From: a bacterium
GTDB taxonomy: Bacteria > Patescibacteriota > Minisyncoccia > Phycocordibacterales > UBA1006
DNA: 64,000 bases
Reading direction: 5' to 3'
Assembly (NCBI GenBank): GCA_037144045.1
Contig: JBAWXN010000002.1
Location: 150,875 to 214,874 of the forward strand
Numbering within the stretch: the stretch's first letter is position 1; every line of letters begins with the position of its first letter. The notes under the pieces were generated by a model that did not search any database, had not been told where the DNA came from, and worked only from the letters and a program-made list of their open reading frames with translations. Both the position numbers and the translations under genes were made by a program. Below, in pieces: positions 46,851 through 55,025 of the stretch.

Positions 46851-48189
46851 AAAGAGGGTACTACAACTCACAAGTCATGAATATAATAATGGTCCTGTTG
46901 TGTATTGGATGAACCGTGACATGCGGGTACACGACAACTGGGCATTTGTCTATGCGCAGGAATTAGCGCGAGAACACAAGACCAGTGTTGTTGTTATCTA
47001 TAACCTAGTATCAGGATTTCTCGGTGGTGGTAGTCGCCAATTAGATTTCAAATTGGGAGCACTTCGAGAACTTGAACAAGAGTTTGAAAAATATAATATT
47101 CCTTTTGCGGTGGTTAGTGATAAATTAGGAACGAAAAGTACTGATCAGCTTCTTGATTTTTTTAAAGAAGTTAAAGCGGGTGCGGTTGTCACTGATTTTT
47201 CACCACTACGTATTTCTCGGAAATGGGTAGATGTGATTCGTAAAAAAATAACGGTGCCATTATATGGGGTAGATGCTCATAATATTGTGCCGTGTTGGAT
47301 TGCAAGTCCTAAGCAAGAATTTGGTGCATATACATTACGTCCCAAGTTACATACGTTGATTCCAGAATTTTTAGATGCATTTCCAAAAGTTGTTCGCCAA
47401 GAAGGTTCAGTAAAGGTTTCTAAAAAATATTCTGAGTGGAAAAAGATAAGCACTGATAAAAGTGTCAGTCCTATTGCGCCTGGTGAGGCAGCTGCAAAAA
47501 AACAACTTAATTACTTTTTTGCAAACGGGTTAGTTAATTATGATAATGATCGCAATGATCCCAATAGTAACGCTCAGTCAGGATTGTCGCCTTATCTTCA
47601 TTATGGAAACATACCAGCTCAGCGAATTATTTTAGAGTTCATGAGAGAGCTCAAGAAGAAAGATGTGCGAAGTTTGTATGACAATGCTTTCTTTGAAGAA
47701 TTAGTGGTACGCAAGGAACTCGCTGATAACTTTTGTTTTTATAATGAAAATTATGATTCCCCAGAAGGGTTTCCTGATTGGTCAAAAAAGTCTTGGGAAA
47801 AGCATAAGGATGATAAGCGTGAATATGTATATACTAAAAAACAATTTGAACACGCAAAAACGCATGATGCATTATGGAATGCTGCCCAAATGGAAATGGT
47901 GATAACTGGGAAAATGCATGGGTATATGCGCATGTATTGGGCCAAGAAGATTCTCGAGTGGACACCTGATGCGGAAGCAGCTATGAAGATTGCTATTTAT
48001 TTAAACGACACTTATGAGTTAGACGGGCGAGATCCCAACGGATATGCGGGCATTGCGTGGTCAATTGGTGGGACGCACGACCGGGCTTGGTTTGAACGGC
48101 CCGTATTCGGACAGATTCGGTATATGAATGCGAATGGATGTGCGAAAAAATTTGACGTTGAAGCCTATTGTCAAAAATGGCTGAACTAA
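46837..48189 (+). CDS. class II CPD deoxyribodipyrimidine photolyase
   Basis: MAINKKRVLQL...VYWMNRDMRVHDNWAFVYAQ... N-terminal photolyase domain and C-terminal ...MHGYMRMYWAKKILEW...GYAGIAWSIGGTHDRAWFERPVFGQIRYMN FAD-binding domain, typical of class II. Start overlaps the upstream gene by 14 nt. Confidence 0.8.
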   Translation: MAINKKRVLQLTSHEYNNGPVVYWMNRDMRVHDNWAFVYAQELAREHKTSVVVIYNLVSGFLGGGSRQLDFKLGALRELEQEFEKYNIPFAVVSDKLGTKSTDQLLDFFKEVKAGAVVTDFSPLRISRKWVDVIRKKITVPLYGVDAHNIVPCWIASPKQEFGAYTLRPKLHTLIPEFLDAFPKVVRQEGSVKVSKKYSEWKKISTDKSVSPIAPGEAAAKKQLNYFFANGLVNYDNDRNDPNSNAQSGLSPYLHYGNIPAQRIILEFMRELKKKDVRSLYDNAFFEELVVRKELADNFCFYNENYDSPEGFPDWSKKSWEKHKDDKREYVYTKKQFEHAKTHDALWNAAQMEMVITGKMHGYMRMYWAKKILEWTPDAEAAMKIAIYLNDTYELDGRDPNGYAGIAWSIGGTHDRAWFERPVFGQIRYMNANGCAKKFDVEAYCQKWLN

Positions 48190-48600
48190 AAAAGACCCCT
48201 TAGGTGGGGGGTCTTCCAAATAAAGCTTTTTGAGAGTTGCGATGCCTCTCTGGGATAGGCGAATCTCATGAGCGTTCAACTGGTCTGAAATAAATCGAGC
48301 TGGCCATGTGGGCCCATGTTCGAATAATTCTATCAATACTACGACTTCGCGTAGCGAGTAATTATTACTCCTGCATTTGTTTTGCAGGCCGTGATTTACT
48401 TTTTGGCGGAACTTATTCACATTTTGCTCGGTGCATCCTATGCATGCGGCAATTTCTCCGTCCGATAATAACTTTAGATATTTTCGAGCAATATCTTTCC
48501 AAATCTTCTTAAGCCAAACCTTACTAACAAAGATTGGATAAGCAGCTTTGATCGCTGCTATTTCTTTAGCCAACTCTTCTAATTCTAATTTTGGTTTCAT
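48061..48600 (-). CDS. hypothetical HTH-containing protein (true 3' end uncertain; ORF runs through the photolyase terminator)
   Basis: N-terminal MKPKLELEELAKEIAAIK...LSDGEIAACIGCTEQNVNKFRQKV is HTH-like. Lies divergent from the tail-fibre-like gene. The C-terminal about-45 aa overlap the photolyase 3' end. Confidence 0.35.
   Translation of the reverse strand: MKPKLELEELAKEIAAIKAAYPIFVSKVWLKKIWKDIARKYLKLLSDGEIAACIGCTEQNVNKFRQKVNHGLQNKCRSNNYSLREVVVLIELFEHGPTWPARFISDQLNAHEIRLSQRGIATLKKLYLEDPPPKGSFLVQPFLTIGFNVKFFRTSIRIHIPNLSEYGPFKPSPVVRPTN
48193..48216. terminator. terminator hairpin
   Basis: aagaccccttaggtggggggtctt. Confidence 0.55.
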
Positions 48601-48661
48601 TGTAATTTTTCTTAAAAGAGTACCACATATTTTTTAAAAAGCAATAAATCAGGAAAATGTG

Positions 48662-48691
48662 TTGCATAGGTGGCTCTATTTTTGGTATAAT
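48662..48691 (+). promoter_or_regulatory. sigma70-like promoter TTGCAT-18-TGgTATAAT; the -10 ends 8 nt before the ATG, predicting a leaderless mRNA
   Basis: gTTGCATaggtggctctatttttggTATAATttccccatATG. Confidence 0.5.
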
Positions 48692-48699
48692 TTCCCCAT

Positions 48700-51600
48700 A
48701 TGTCTTTCGTCACCAAAAGAACCCTCACTATCGCGTTCTCTATTCTTTCAATCATCGGTTACGGTGCATTCGTATTCGCGGCACAATTACCCAATGGTAC
48801 CACTCCGCCGGTTGGTGGGTATTTAGCAGGTGACAGTATCTTAGATCCTGGATGTGCACCTGGGGATGTAGATTGTTTTCAGAATATTGGAGGAGGTGGT
48901 TCAGGACCGTTTTCTATAGTAAACGGTAACAGCATCTTCTCGACGGGGCTTACTGATACAGGACTTAATTCTATAGCAACCAATTCTTTCTTTACAGGAG
49001 ATTATGCAGGAGCTAATGCAACCGATGCCAGCTACTCAAACTTTATTGGACAATATTCAGGACAAAATGCAACCACTGCATCGAGTTCAAACTTCTTTGG
49101 AGGATATGCAGGATGGGGTGCAGCTAATGCCAACAGTTCTAACTTTTTAGGATTTGAAGCAGGATATGGTGCAACGGGTGCCAACAACTCAAACTTCTTC
49201 GGAGCTCAAGCAGGATACAATGCAGCGAGTGCATTCTTATCAAACTTCTTTGGACAAAATGCAGGACGAGAAGCAACCAATGCATTCGCTTCAAACTTCT
49301 TTGGTGTAAGTGCAGGACGAGAAGCAACCAATGCATTCGCTTCAAACTTCTTGGGTGGCAGTGCAGGAAATCAAGCAACCAATGCAAACTTTGCAAACTT
49401 CTTCGGTGGCAGTGCGGGATATGGTGCGGTTAATGCCAACAACTCAAACTTCTTCGGGTATGAGGCAGGAGAAGCTGCAACCAATGCCAACAACTCAAAC
49501 TTCTTGGGTCAGCGCGCAGGAGAAAATGCAATCAATGCAGCCAACAGTTTCTTTGCAGGTCTTAATGCAGGGTCAAATGACACGGTCGACAACACTGGAA
49601 ACTCCGACGACTTCTCCATCCTCCTGGGTAACTTCACCTCAACGGGTGGCTATTCAAACTCAATCGCCCTTGGTGCCTACGCAGCCAACACCGCAACCAA
49701 CCAGTTCATGATTGGTTCTGGAACTCGTCCCATCAACGACCTTATCATCACAGGTACCGGATCTCTCTTCCTGCCAACTGGTGACGATTCACAGCGTACA
49801 TCATATGCAACCAACGGTGCCATTCGTTACAGCACTACCCAATCATGTCTTGAAATGTATTCAGGAAGCAGTTGGGCATGTGTGGGGGGTGGAGGTGGAT
49901 CAGGAGCATTTACTGGAATCACGGGTACACCTACAGAAGTAGCTTATTTTGACGCACTCGGAAACGGGACGTCAGATAGTACATTTACTTTTAATGATTC
50001 AACAAAGAATCTAACAGTCTACAAATATACACCACCTAATATTAATTATGGTACGGTATCATTTTCTGGATCAGGAATAAATGATCTAACGTATACAGGT
50101 ACATTTGTAGGAGGAATTACTACTACCTACACTATATCGGTGGATGATGACAAAGATAATTTTTCCTGGTCTTCCGATCAAGGGGGCTCAGGCAGTGATC
50201 ATACACCAGCGTCAGGATTTCCTCTTAATAATGGAATTACGATTGATTTACCATCAACAGGGTATACGCAAGGTGATGTATGGACATTTACAATTACGGT
50301 TACTGGAAGTGAAGTAGGTTCTGTAACAACAAGAAAATTAGTATTGAATGGATCTAATAATAATAATGCTATTGGATTATTTGCACCGCAAGGCAATCTT
50401 GTTAACAGTTACAATATCTTTTTACCAAATGACCAAGGTGCACCAAACACTACTCTTATTAATGATGGTGCTGGTAATTTATCGTGGGGGAGTATTTCAG
50501 GTGGTGGATCGGGTCCGTTTTCTGTACTAAATGGAGATAGTATCTTCTCGACGGGATTGAGTGGTACAGGACTTAATTCAAATGTAGGTGGTTCTTTCTT
50601 CGTGGGTCAAGATGCAGGGCGAGATGCAACCAATGCAACCTACTCAAACTTCTTGGGAACAAATGCAGGAAATAGTGCAACCAACGCATACTTCTCAAAC
50701 TTCTTTGGACTAAGCGCAGGAAATGGTGCAACCAACGCTTTTGGCTCTAACTTCTTTGGAGTATATGCAGGACGAGATGCAACCGACGCATCCTACTCAA
50801 ACTTCCTGGGAAGGGATGCAGGACAAAATGCAACCACTGCTAATAATTCAAACTTCCTGGGGTATAGTGCAGGAAATGGTGCAACCAATGCTAACGACTC
50901 AAACTTCCTGGGATATTATGCGGGAGGTAATGCAACCGATGCAGCTAACAGTTTCTTTGCAGGACGAAGTGCAGGGCAAGATGCAAACAATGCAACCCAC
51001 TCAAACTTCTTCGGAGACAGTGCTGGATTTCAAGCGACCAATGCATCCAACTCAAACTTCTTGGGAAGGAGTGCAGGAATTGGTGCAGCCAATGCATCCA
51101 ACTCAAACTTCTTGGGAAGAATCGCAGGATCTAATGCAGCCAACGCGGCTAATAGTCTATTTATAGGTCAGGAAGCTGGATCAAACGACACTGTCAACAA
51201 CACCACCAACCCCAACGACTTCTCCATCCTCCTTGGTAACTTCACCTCAACGGGTGGCTTCTCAAACTCTATCGCTATCGGTGCTTTTGCAACCAACACA
51301 GCAACCAACCAGTTCATGATTGGTTCAACCACTCGTCCCATCAACACCACCCGATTCCAAGGTTCATCAGTAGGTACCCAATGTACCATTACCACAGGAA
51401 CTGGAATCGCATGTACATCAGATGAACGTCTCAAAACAAACATTATAGACATTTCATCCGGAGTCTTAGACAAACTCGGAAACATTAGAACCGTCAACTA
51501 CAACCTCATAGGTGACACGTCTAACCGATATCAAGTAGGATTCTTGGCCCAGAACCTTGAACAGTATTTCCCAGAATTGGTAGATACTAATGCTGATGGC

Positions 51601-52047
51601 TACAAATCTGTGTATTATGCACAGATGACACCGATACTGGTAGAGGGGATCAAGGAGCTTAATATTAAACTCACCGACATCCAGAAAGTTGCTGATGGAG
51701 TTGACCAGACATTTGTGACGAATATGAGGAATTGGTTGGGAAGTGTGACCAACGGAATTACACTCATCATTTCAGATACTCTCAAAGCACGAAATCAAAT
51801 CTGTATTGATGACGTATGTATGACCAAAGACCAGTTGCGAGACCTGCTTGCAAAAAATAACGCAGGACCCGTAGTTGTTCCAGTAGTGCCAGTAGTGCCA
51901 CCGACCCCTACAGACCCAATAGGTTCAGACACTTCGACTCCTTCAATTTCTGATCAACCAGTGACTGATAATTCAGGACCTGTCACTGATCCAGGTGTAA
52001 CACCTGTTCCTGATGCGCCTGTGGTATCACCAGAAACACCCCAATAA
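48700..52047 (+). CDS. giant secreted tail-fibre-like repeat protein with C-terminal S74-type intramolecular-chaperone domain and Pro/Val/Thr-rich tail
   Basis: N-terminal signal/TM. Dozens of about-21-aa repeats (ATNAxxSNFxGxxAGxx). Two large diverged duplicated blocks (aa about 62-345 and about 600-885). Near the C-terminus SDERLKTNIIDISSGVLDKLGNIRTVNYNL...QVGFLAQNLEQYFPELV...YAQMTPILVEGIKEL resembles the endosialidase/tail-spike chaperone domain. Confidence 0.75.
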   Translation: MSFVTKRTLTIAFSILSIIGYGAFVFAAQLPNGTTPPVGGYLAGDSILDPGCAPGDVDCFQNIGGGGSGPFSIVNGNSIFSTGLTDTGLNSIATNSFFTGDYAGANATDASYSNFIGQYSGQNATTASSSNFFGGYAGWGAANANSSNFLGFEAGYGATGANNSNFFGAQAGYNAASAFLSNFFGQNAGREATNAFASNFFGVSAGREATNAFASNFLGGSAGNQATNANFANFFGGSAGYGAVNANNSNFFGYEAGEAATNANNSNFLGQRAGENAINAANSFFAGLNAGSNDTVDNTGNSDDFSILLGNFTSTGGYSNSIALGAYAANTATNQFMIGSGTRPINDLIITGTGSLFLPTGDDSQRTSYATNGAIRYSTTQSCLEMYSGSSWACVGGGGGSGAFTGITGTPTEVAYFDALGNGTSDSTFTFNDSTKNLTVYKYTPPNINYGTVSFSGSGINDLTYTGTFVGGITTTYTISVDDDKDNFSWSSDQGGSGSDHTPASGFPLNNGITIDLPSTGYTQGDVWTFTITVTGSEVGSVTTRKLVLNGSNNNNAIGLFAPQGNLVNSYNIFLPNDQGAPNTTLINDGAGNLSWGSISGGGSGPFSVLNGDSIFSTGLSGTGLNSNVGGSFFVGQDAGRDATNATYSNFLGTNAGNSATNAYFSNFFGLSAGNGATNAFGSNFFGVYAGRDATDASYSNFLGRDAGQNATTANNSNFLGYSAGNGATNANDSNFLGYYAGGNATDAANSFFAGRSAGQDANNATHSNFFGDSAGFQATNASNSNFLGRSAGIGAANASNSNFLGRIAGSNAANAANSLFIGQEAGSNDTVNNTTNPNDFSILLGNFTSTGGFSNSIAIGAFATNTATNQFMIGSTTRPINTTRFQGSSVGTQCTITTGTGIACTSDERLKTNIIDISSGVLDKLGNIRTVNYNLIGDTSNRYQVGFLAQNLEQYFPELVDTNADGYKSVYYAQMTPILVEGIKELNIKLTDIQKVADGVDQTFVTNMRNWLGSVTNGITLIISDTLKARNQICIDDVCMTKDQLRDLLAKNNAGPVVVPVVPVVPPTPTDPIGSDTSTPSISDQPVTDNSGPVTDPGVTPVPDAPVVSPETPQ

Positions 52048-52090
52048 GGTGTTTTTTGTTTACAGAACTAAGTGTGATAGAGTTACGTAT

Positions 52091-52870
52091 ATGTTAATTA
52101 TTCACGCTATTATATTAGGAATTGTAGAAGGCCTTACCGAGTTTTTACCTATTTCATCAACGGGGCACCTCATAATTACATCCCATCTGTTATCTATTCC
52201 AACGACTGATTTCCTGAAAAGTTTTGAAATTATTATTCAAGTAGGAGCCATTGCTGCAGTCGTAGTACTGTATTTTAAAAAAATACTTGCAAGCCGCGAT
52301 TTATGGAAAAAAGTTTTTGCCGGATTTATTCCGACCGCCATTATTGGGTACGGAATGTATAAAATAGTTAAACTATTTCTTATTGGAAATATTGTTGTAG
52401 TTGCATGGTCACTGCTATTAGGAGGAATATTTCTGGTGTGTTTCGAGCGATGGTATGGTAAACGAAAACGTCATGGAAAAAGCATGGAAGACATGACGTA
52501 TCGAGAAGCTATTATTATTGGATGTATCCAAGCACTTGCGGTGATTCCTGGAATTTCACGATCGGCAGCTACTATTGTAGGCGGACTTACTCAAAATATT
52601 TCGCGGGAAGCAATTGTAGAATTTTCATTCTTGCTTGCAGTTCCTGTTATTGGGGCAGCAGCGTTCCTTGATATTATAAAAACGCCGATCAATTTTACCA
52701 GAAATGAATGGGGACTCCTTGCGGTAGGGTTGATTACGTCGTTTATTGTCGCAGTGTTAGCAATTAAGTTTTTCCTTTCCTTCGTAAAATCCCACACGTT
52801 TGAATGGTTTGGATATTATCGAATCGTGCTTGGAATTGCAGTGCTGGCAGGGGTTTATTTCTTGGGATAA
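52091..52870 (+). CDS. uppP: undecaprenyl-diphosphate phosphatase UppP/BacA
   Basis: MLIIHAIILGIVEGLTEFLPISSTGHLII is a diagnostic UppP N-terminus. ORF track starts at 52013. Confidence 0.85.
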   Translation: MLIIHAIILGIVEGLTEFLPISSTGHLIITSHLLSIPTTDFLKSFEIIIQVGAIAAVVVLYFKKILASRDLWKKVFAGFIPTAIIGYGMYKIVKLFLIGNIVVVAWSLLLGGIFLVCFERWYGKRKRHGKSMEDMTYREAIIIGCIQALAVIPGISRSAATIVGGLTQNISREAIVEFSFLLAVPVIGAAAFLDIIKTPINFTRNEWGLLAVGLITSFIVAVLAIKFFLSFVKSHTFEWFGYYRIVLGIAVLAGVYFLG

Positions 52871-52956
52871 ATTTTTTATCAAGGAAAAATGTGGAGTCAC
52901 TCAATTTGTGACTTGTATAGATTGTTCCTTCATGAGTTATTTTATAAACTGTAGTC

Positions 52957-53151
52957 ATGGTACATAATTTATTAAAACAGGACATGACCGTGTATGAATT
53001 GGCTCAATTTATGATTGATTACTGTGCCAGTAAGGAAGATCTAAAAAGATTTGCTACTAAGGAAGATCTAAAACTCTTAGAGAAACGATTATCACAAAAG
53101 ATGGATAATAATTACATTCACACTAACAAACGAATTGATCTCATTTCATAA
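52957..53151 (+). CDS. small hypothetical protein (doubtful)
   Basis: 64 aa with duplicated KEDLK motif. Confidence 0.25.
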   Translation: MVHNLLKQDMTVYELAQFMIDYCASKEDLKRFATKEDLKLLEKRLSQKMDNNYIHTNKRIDLIS

Positions 53152-53160
53152 GTCATAATA

Positions 53161-53183
53161 AAAAACCGCACATGCGGTTTTTT
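53161..53183. terminator. bidirectional rho-independent terminator
   Basis: aaaaaccgcacatgcggtttttt. Confidence 0.7.
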
Positions 53184-53184
53184 A

Positions 53185-53712
53185 TTATGCTTGTTTTCTA
53201 TGTGAAATGTAGGCGAATGTAAGGATTCCAATAAATAGGACGAGGCACATCATGGGGATGGTTAACCATCCAAAGACGAGCACATCTATTTTTGTACAGG
53301 CAACTCCGCCTGAGGCTTCACAAGGTACACCAGATGTTCGGATACCAGCTTGTAGGAGTATGTGATATATCGAGAAACTTGCACCAATTAATGAAAGGAT
53401 AATACCCGTGATCCAAACCTTCATGTCTTTTAAATAAATTCCAACCGCAAATAAAATTGCTTGAGGGTACATGAAGATTCGCTGCCACCAGCAGAACGTA
53501 CACGGAGGGAATCCAAATATTTGAGAATAGGTAAGGCTTCCAATAATAGCACTTAGTGCTAAAAGAAATGCAAAATGAAAGCTGTGTTTTTTTAAGAAAT
53601 GGAAGTAGGTATTTTCTGTTTCCTGAAGGAATACTAAGAGCCAAATACTTACAACAACCAAAGCAGTTGCTAAGGTGCCTATTCCCACAAATGTGTTAAA
53701 TGCTTGTAACAT
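53185..53712 (-). CDS. dsbB: disulfide bond formation protein B (DsbB/BdbC family)
   Basis: 4 TM; first periplasmic loop PPCTFCWWQRIFMYP (CxxC) and a second Cys pair VPCEASGGVAC. Confidence 0.65.
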   Translation of the reverse strand: MLQAFNTFVGIGTLATALVVVSIWLLVFLQETENTYFHFLKKHSFHFAFLLALSAIIGSLTYSQIFGFPPCTFCWWQRIFMYPQAILFAVGIYLKDMKVWITGIILSLIGASFSIYHILLQAGIRTSGVPCEASGGVACTKIDVLVFGWLTIPMMCLVLFIGILTFAYISHRKQA

Positions 53713-53721
53713 ATATTAATG

Positions 53722-54105
53722 TTAGTTCGCAGGGCACCCTGCTTTTTCTGCTATTTGTTCAGGAGTCGCTTCGGCTGAAATACGAGATCCGTCTGCGAAT
53801 TCCCAGGTAGGGTATCCGGTGATATTTTTGTCTTTACAAACGGGAAGCTGCCCATAATTTCCTTGCGCGTCGGGATTTGCTTCTGAACATTCTACATAAG
53901 GGAGTAGATTAGCTGATTTTCCAAATGCTTTTTTAGTGGCTTGGCAGTGAGGACACCAAAAGGCTCCGTAAAATACTACCTTCTTTTCTTTTAAACATAC
54001 GGCGAGGTTATCATATTTACCAGGGGTGAGTTTGTACCATGCAGTTAATCCTCCAAATAGAGCAATAATCGCTATGATTACAATATATCGTGTCTTTTTA
54101 TTCAT
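53722..54105 (-). CDS. membrane-anchored thioredoxin-fold thiol-disulfide oxidoreductase (CPHC)
   Basis: N-terminal TM; FYGAFWCPHCQATKKAF. Confidence 0.65.
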   Translation of the reverse strand: MNKKTRYIVIIAIIALFGGLTAWYKLTPGKYDNLAVCLKEKKVVFYGAFWCPHCQATKKAFGKSANLLPYVECSEANPDAQGNYGQLPVCKDKNITGYPTWEFADGSRISAEATPEQIAEKAGCPAN

Positions 54106-54171
54106 ACTCTATTAGTATAGCAATTTTGAGGGTAAATAAAAACCACCCATTATGGTGTGGTTTTTAATAGC

Positions 54172-54921
54172 TTACTTAGAAATAACGTCGAGGAATTTCC
54201 AGAACCCTTCTGGTCCGTTCGTAGTTGCGATACATTCGGTTGCTTGTGCCTTGTAAGCTGCGAATGGGTGGAGTTGAACGAGTGGAGCGTGTCGGTATAC
54301 GAGTGCATATTCAGGATGTTCTTTAAGGATTTGATCAATGGTTGGTTTTGCTCGTTTACAGAATGGGCAGTCAATATCAGAATATTCAACGATAACGATT
54401 GAGGCATTTTTAGGTCCCAAGTAATGATCGTTTTCATTAAGAACTATTTTTGCTCCAGTAAGATCTTGTTGTCCTGCTGGTTGTATACCTTTTTCAATAG
54501 CATCCATAAAGGTTTGTTTGTCGCGGGCACCTACTACTGGAATTTGTTTTTCTACTGTAATAGTTCCATCAGCTGCAATAGTTCTTTTAAGGATGAAGAA
54601 TGTCGGAGTTCCAGAAACACCTGATTGTGTGGCGAGAGCACTTGCTGCATTAACAGTTGCTTCTTGTGATTTATTATCAAGACATGCACCGAGCGCTTTA
54701 CTATCGAGCGAGAGGCTTTTGGCAGTCTTAATAAGTTCAGCACGAACATCTTTTTCTGTTTGTGCCTGGGGTTGATTTCCGTTTTGAGTACCTTGAGCTG
54801 GAGGTATGGTTTTTGATAACACAATTCCTCCTCCGATTAATAATCCTGCAATAATAATTGAAATAAATGTCTGATATTTTTCAAAAAAACTTGGGGTCGA
54901 TTCGTGTTTGTGGTGTTCCAT
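54172..54921 (-). CDS. DsbA-like thioredoxin-domain protein with N-terminal TM (CPFC)
   Basis: VEYSDIDCPFCKRAKPTIDQI...YRHAPL. Confidence 0.65.
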   Translation of the reverse strand: MEHHKHESTPSFFEKYQTFISIIIAGLLIGGGIVLSKTIPPAQGTQNGNQPQAQTEKDVRAELIKTAKSLSLDSKALGACLDNKSQEATVNAASALATQSGVSGTPTFFILKRTIAADGTITVEKQIPVVGARDKQTFMDAIEKGIQPAGQQDLTGAKIVLNENDHYLGPKNASIVIVEYSDIDCPFCKRAKPTIDQILKEHPEYALVYRHAPLVQLHPFAAYKAQATECIATTNGPEGFWKFLDVISK

Positions 54922-55025
54922 AGAAGCTTATTGTACCAAGGATTGGGGTAGTGAAGTAGCTTGACTTTTGGATATAAATGTGATATACTATTTCAAATAT
55001 TTGTAAACAAAAAAAGATAATAACA

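Noticed and set aside
49139-51497. ORFs 49139-49396 (-), 49310-49711 (+), 49712-49942 (+), 50723-51166 (+), 51168-51497 (-)
   Set aside because: All are alternative-frame readings of the highly repetitive tail-fibre-like gene (48700-52047). Their translations are repeat-derived with Gln/Thr/Ser/Met periodicity and without start context.
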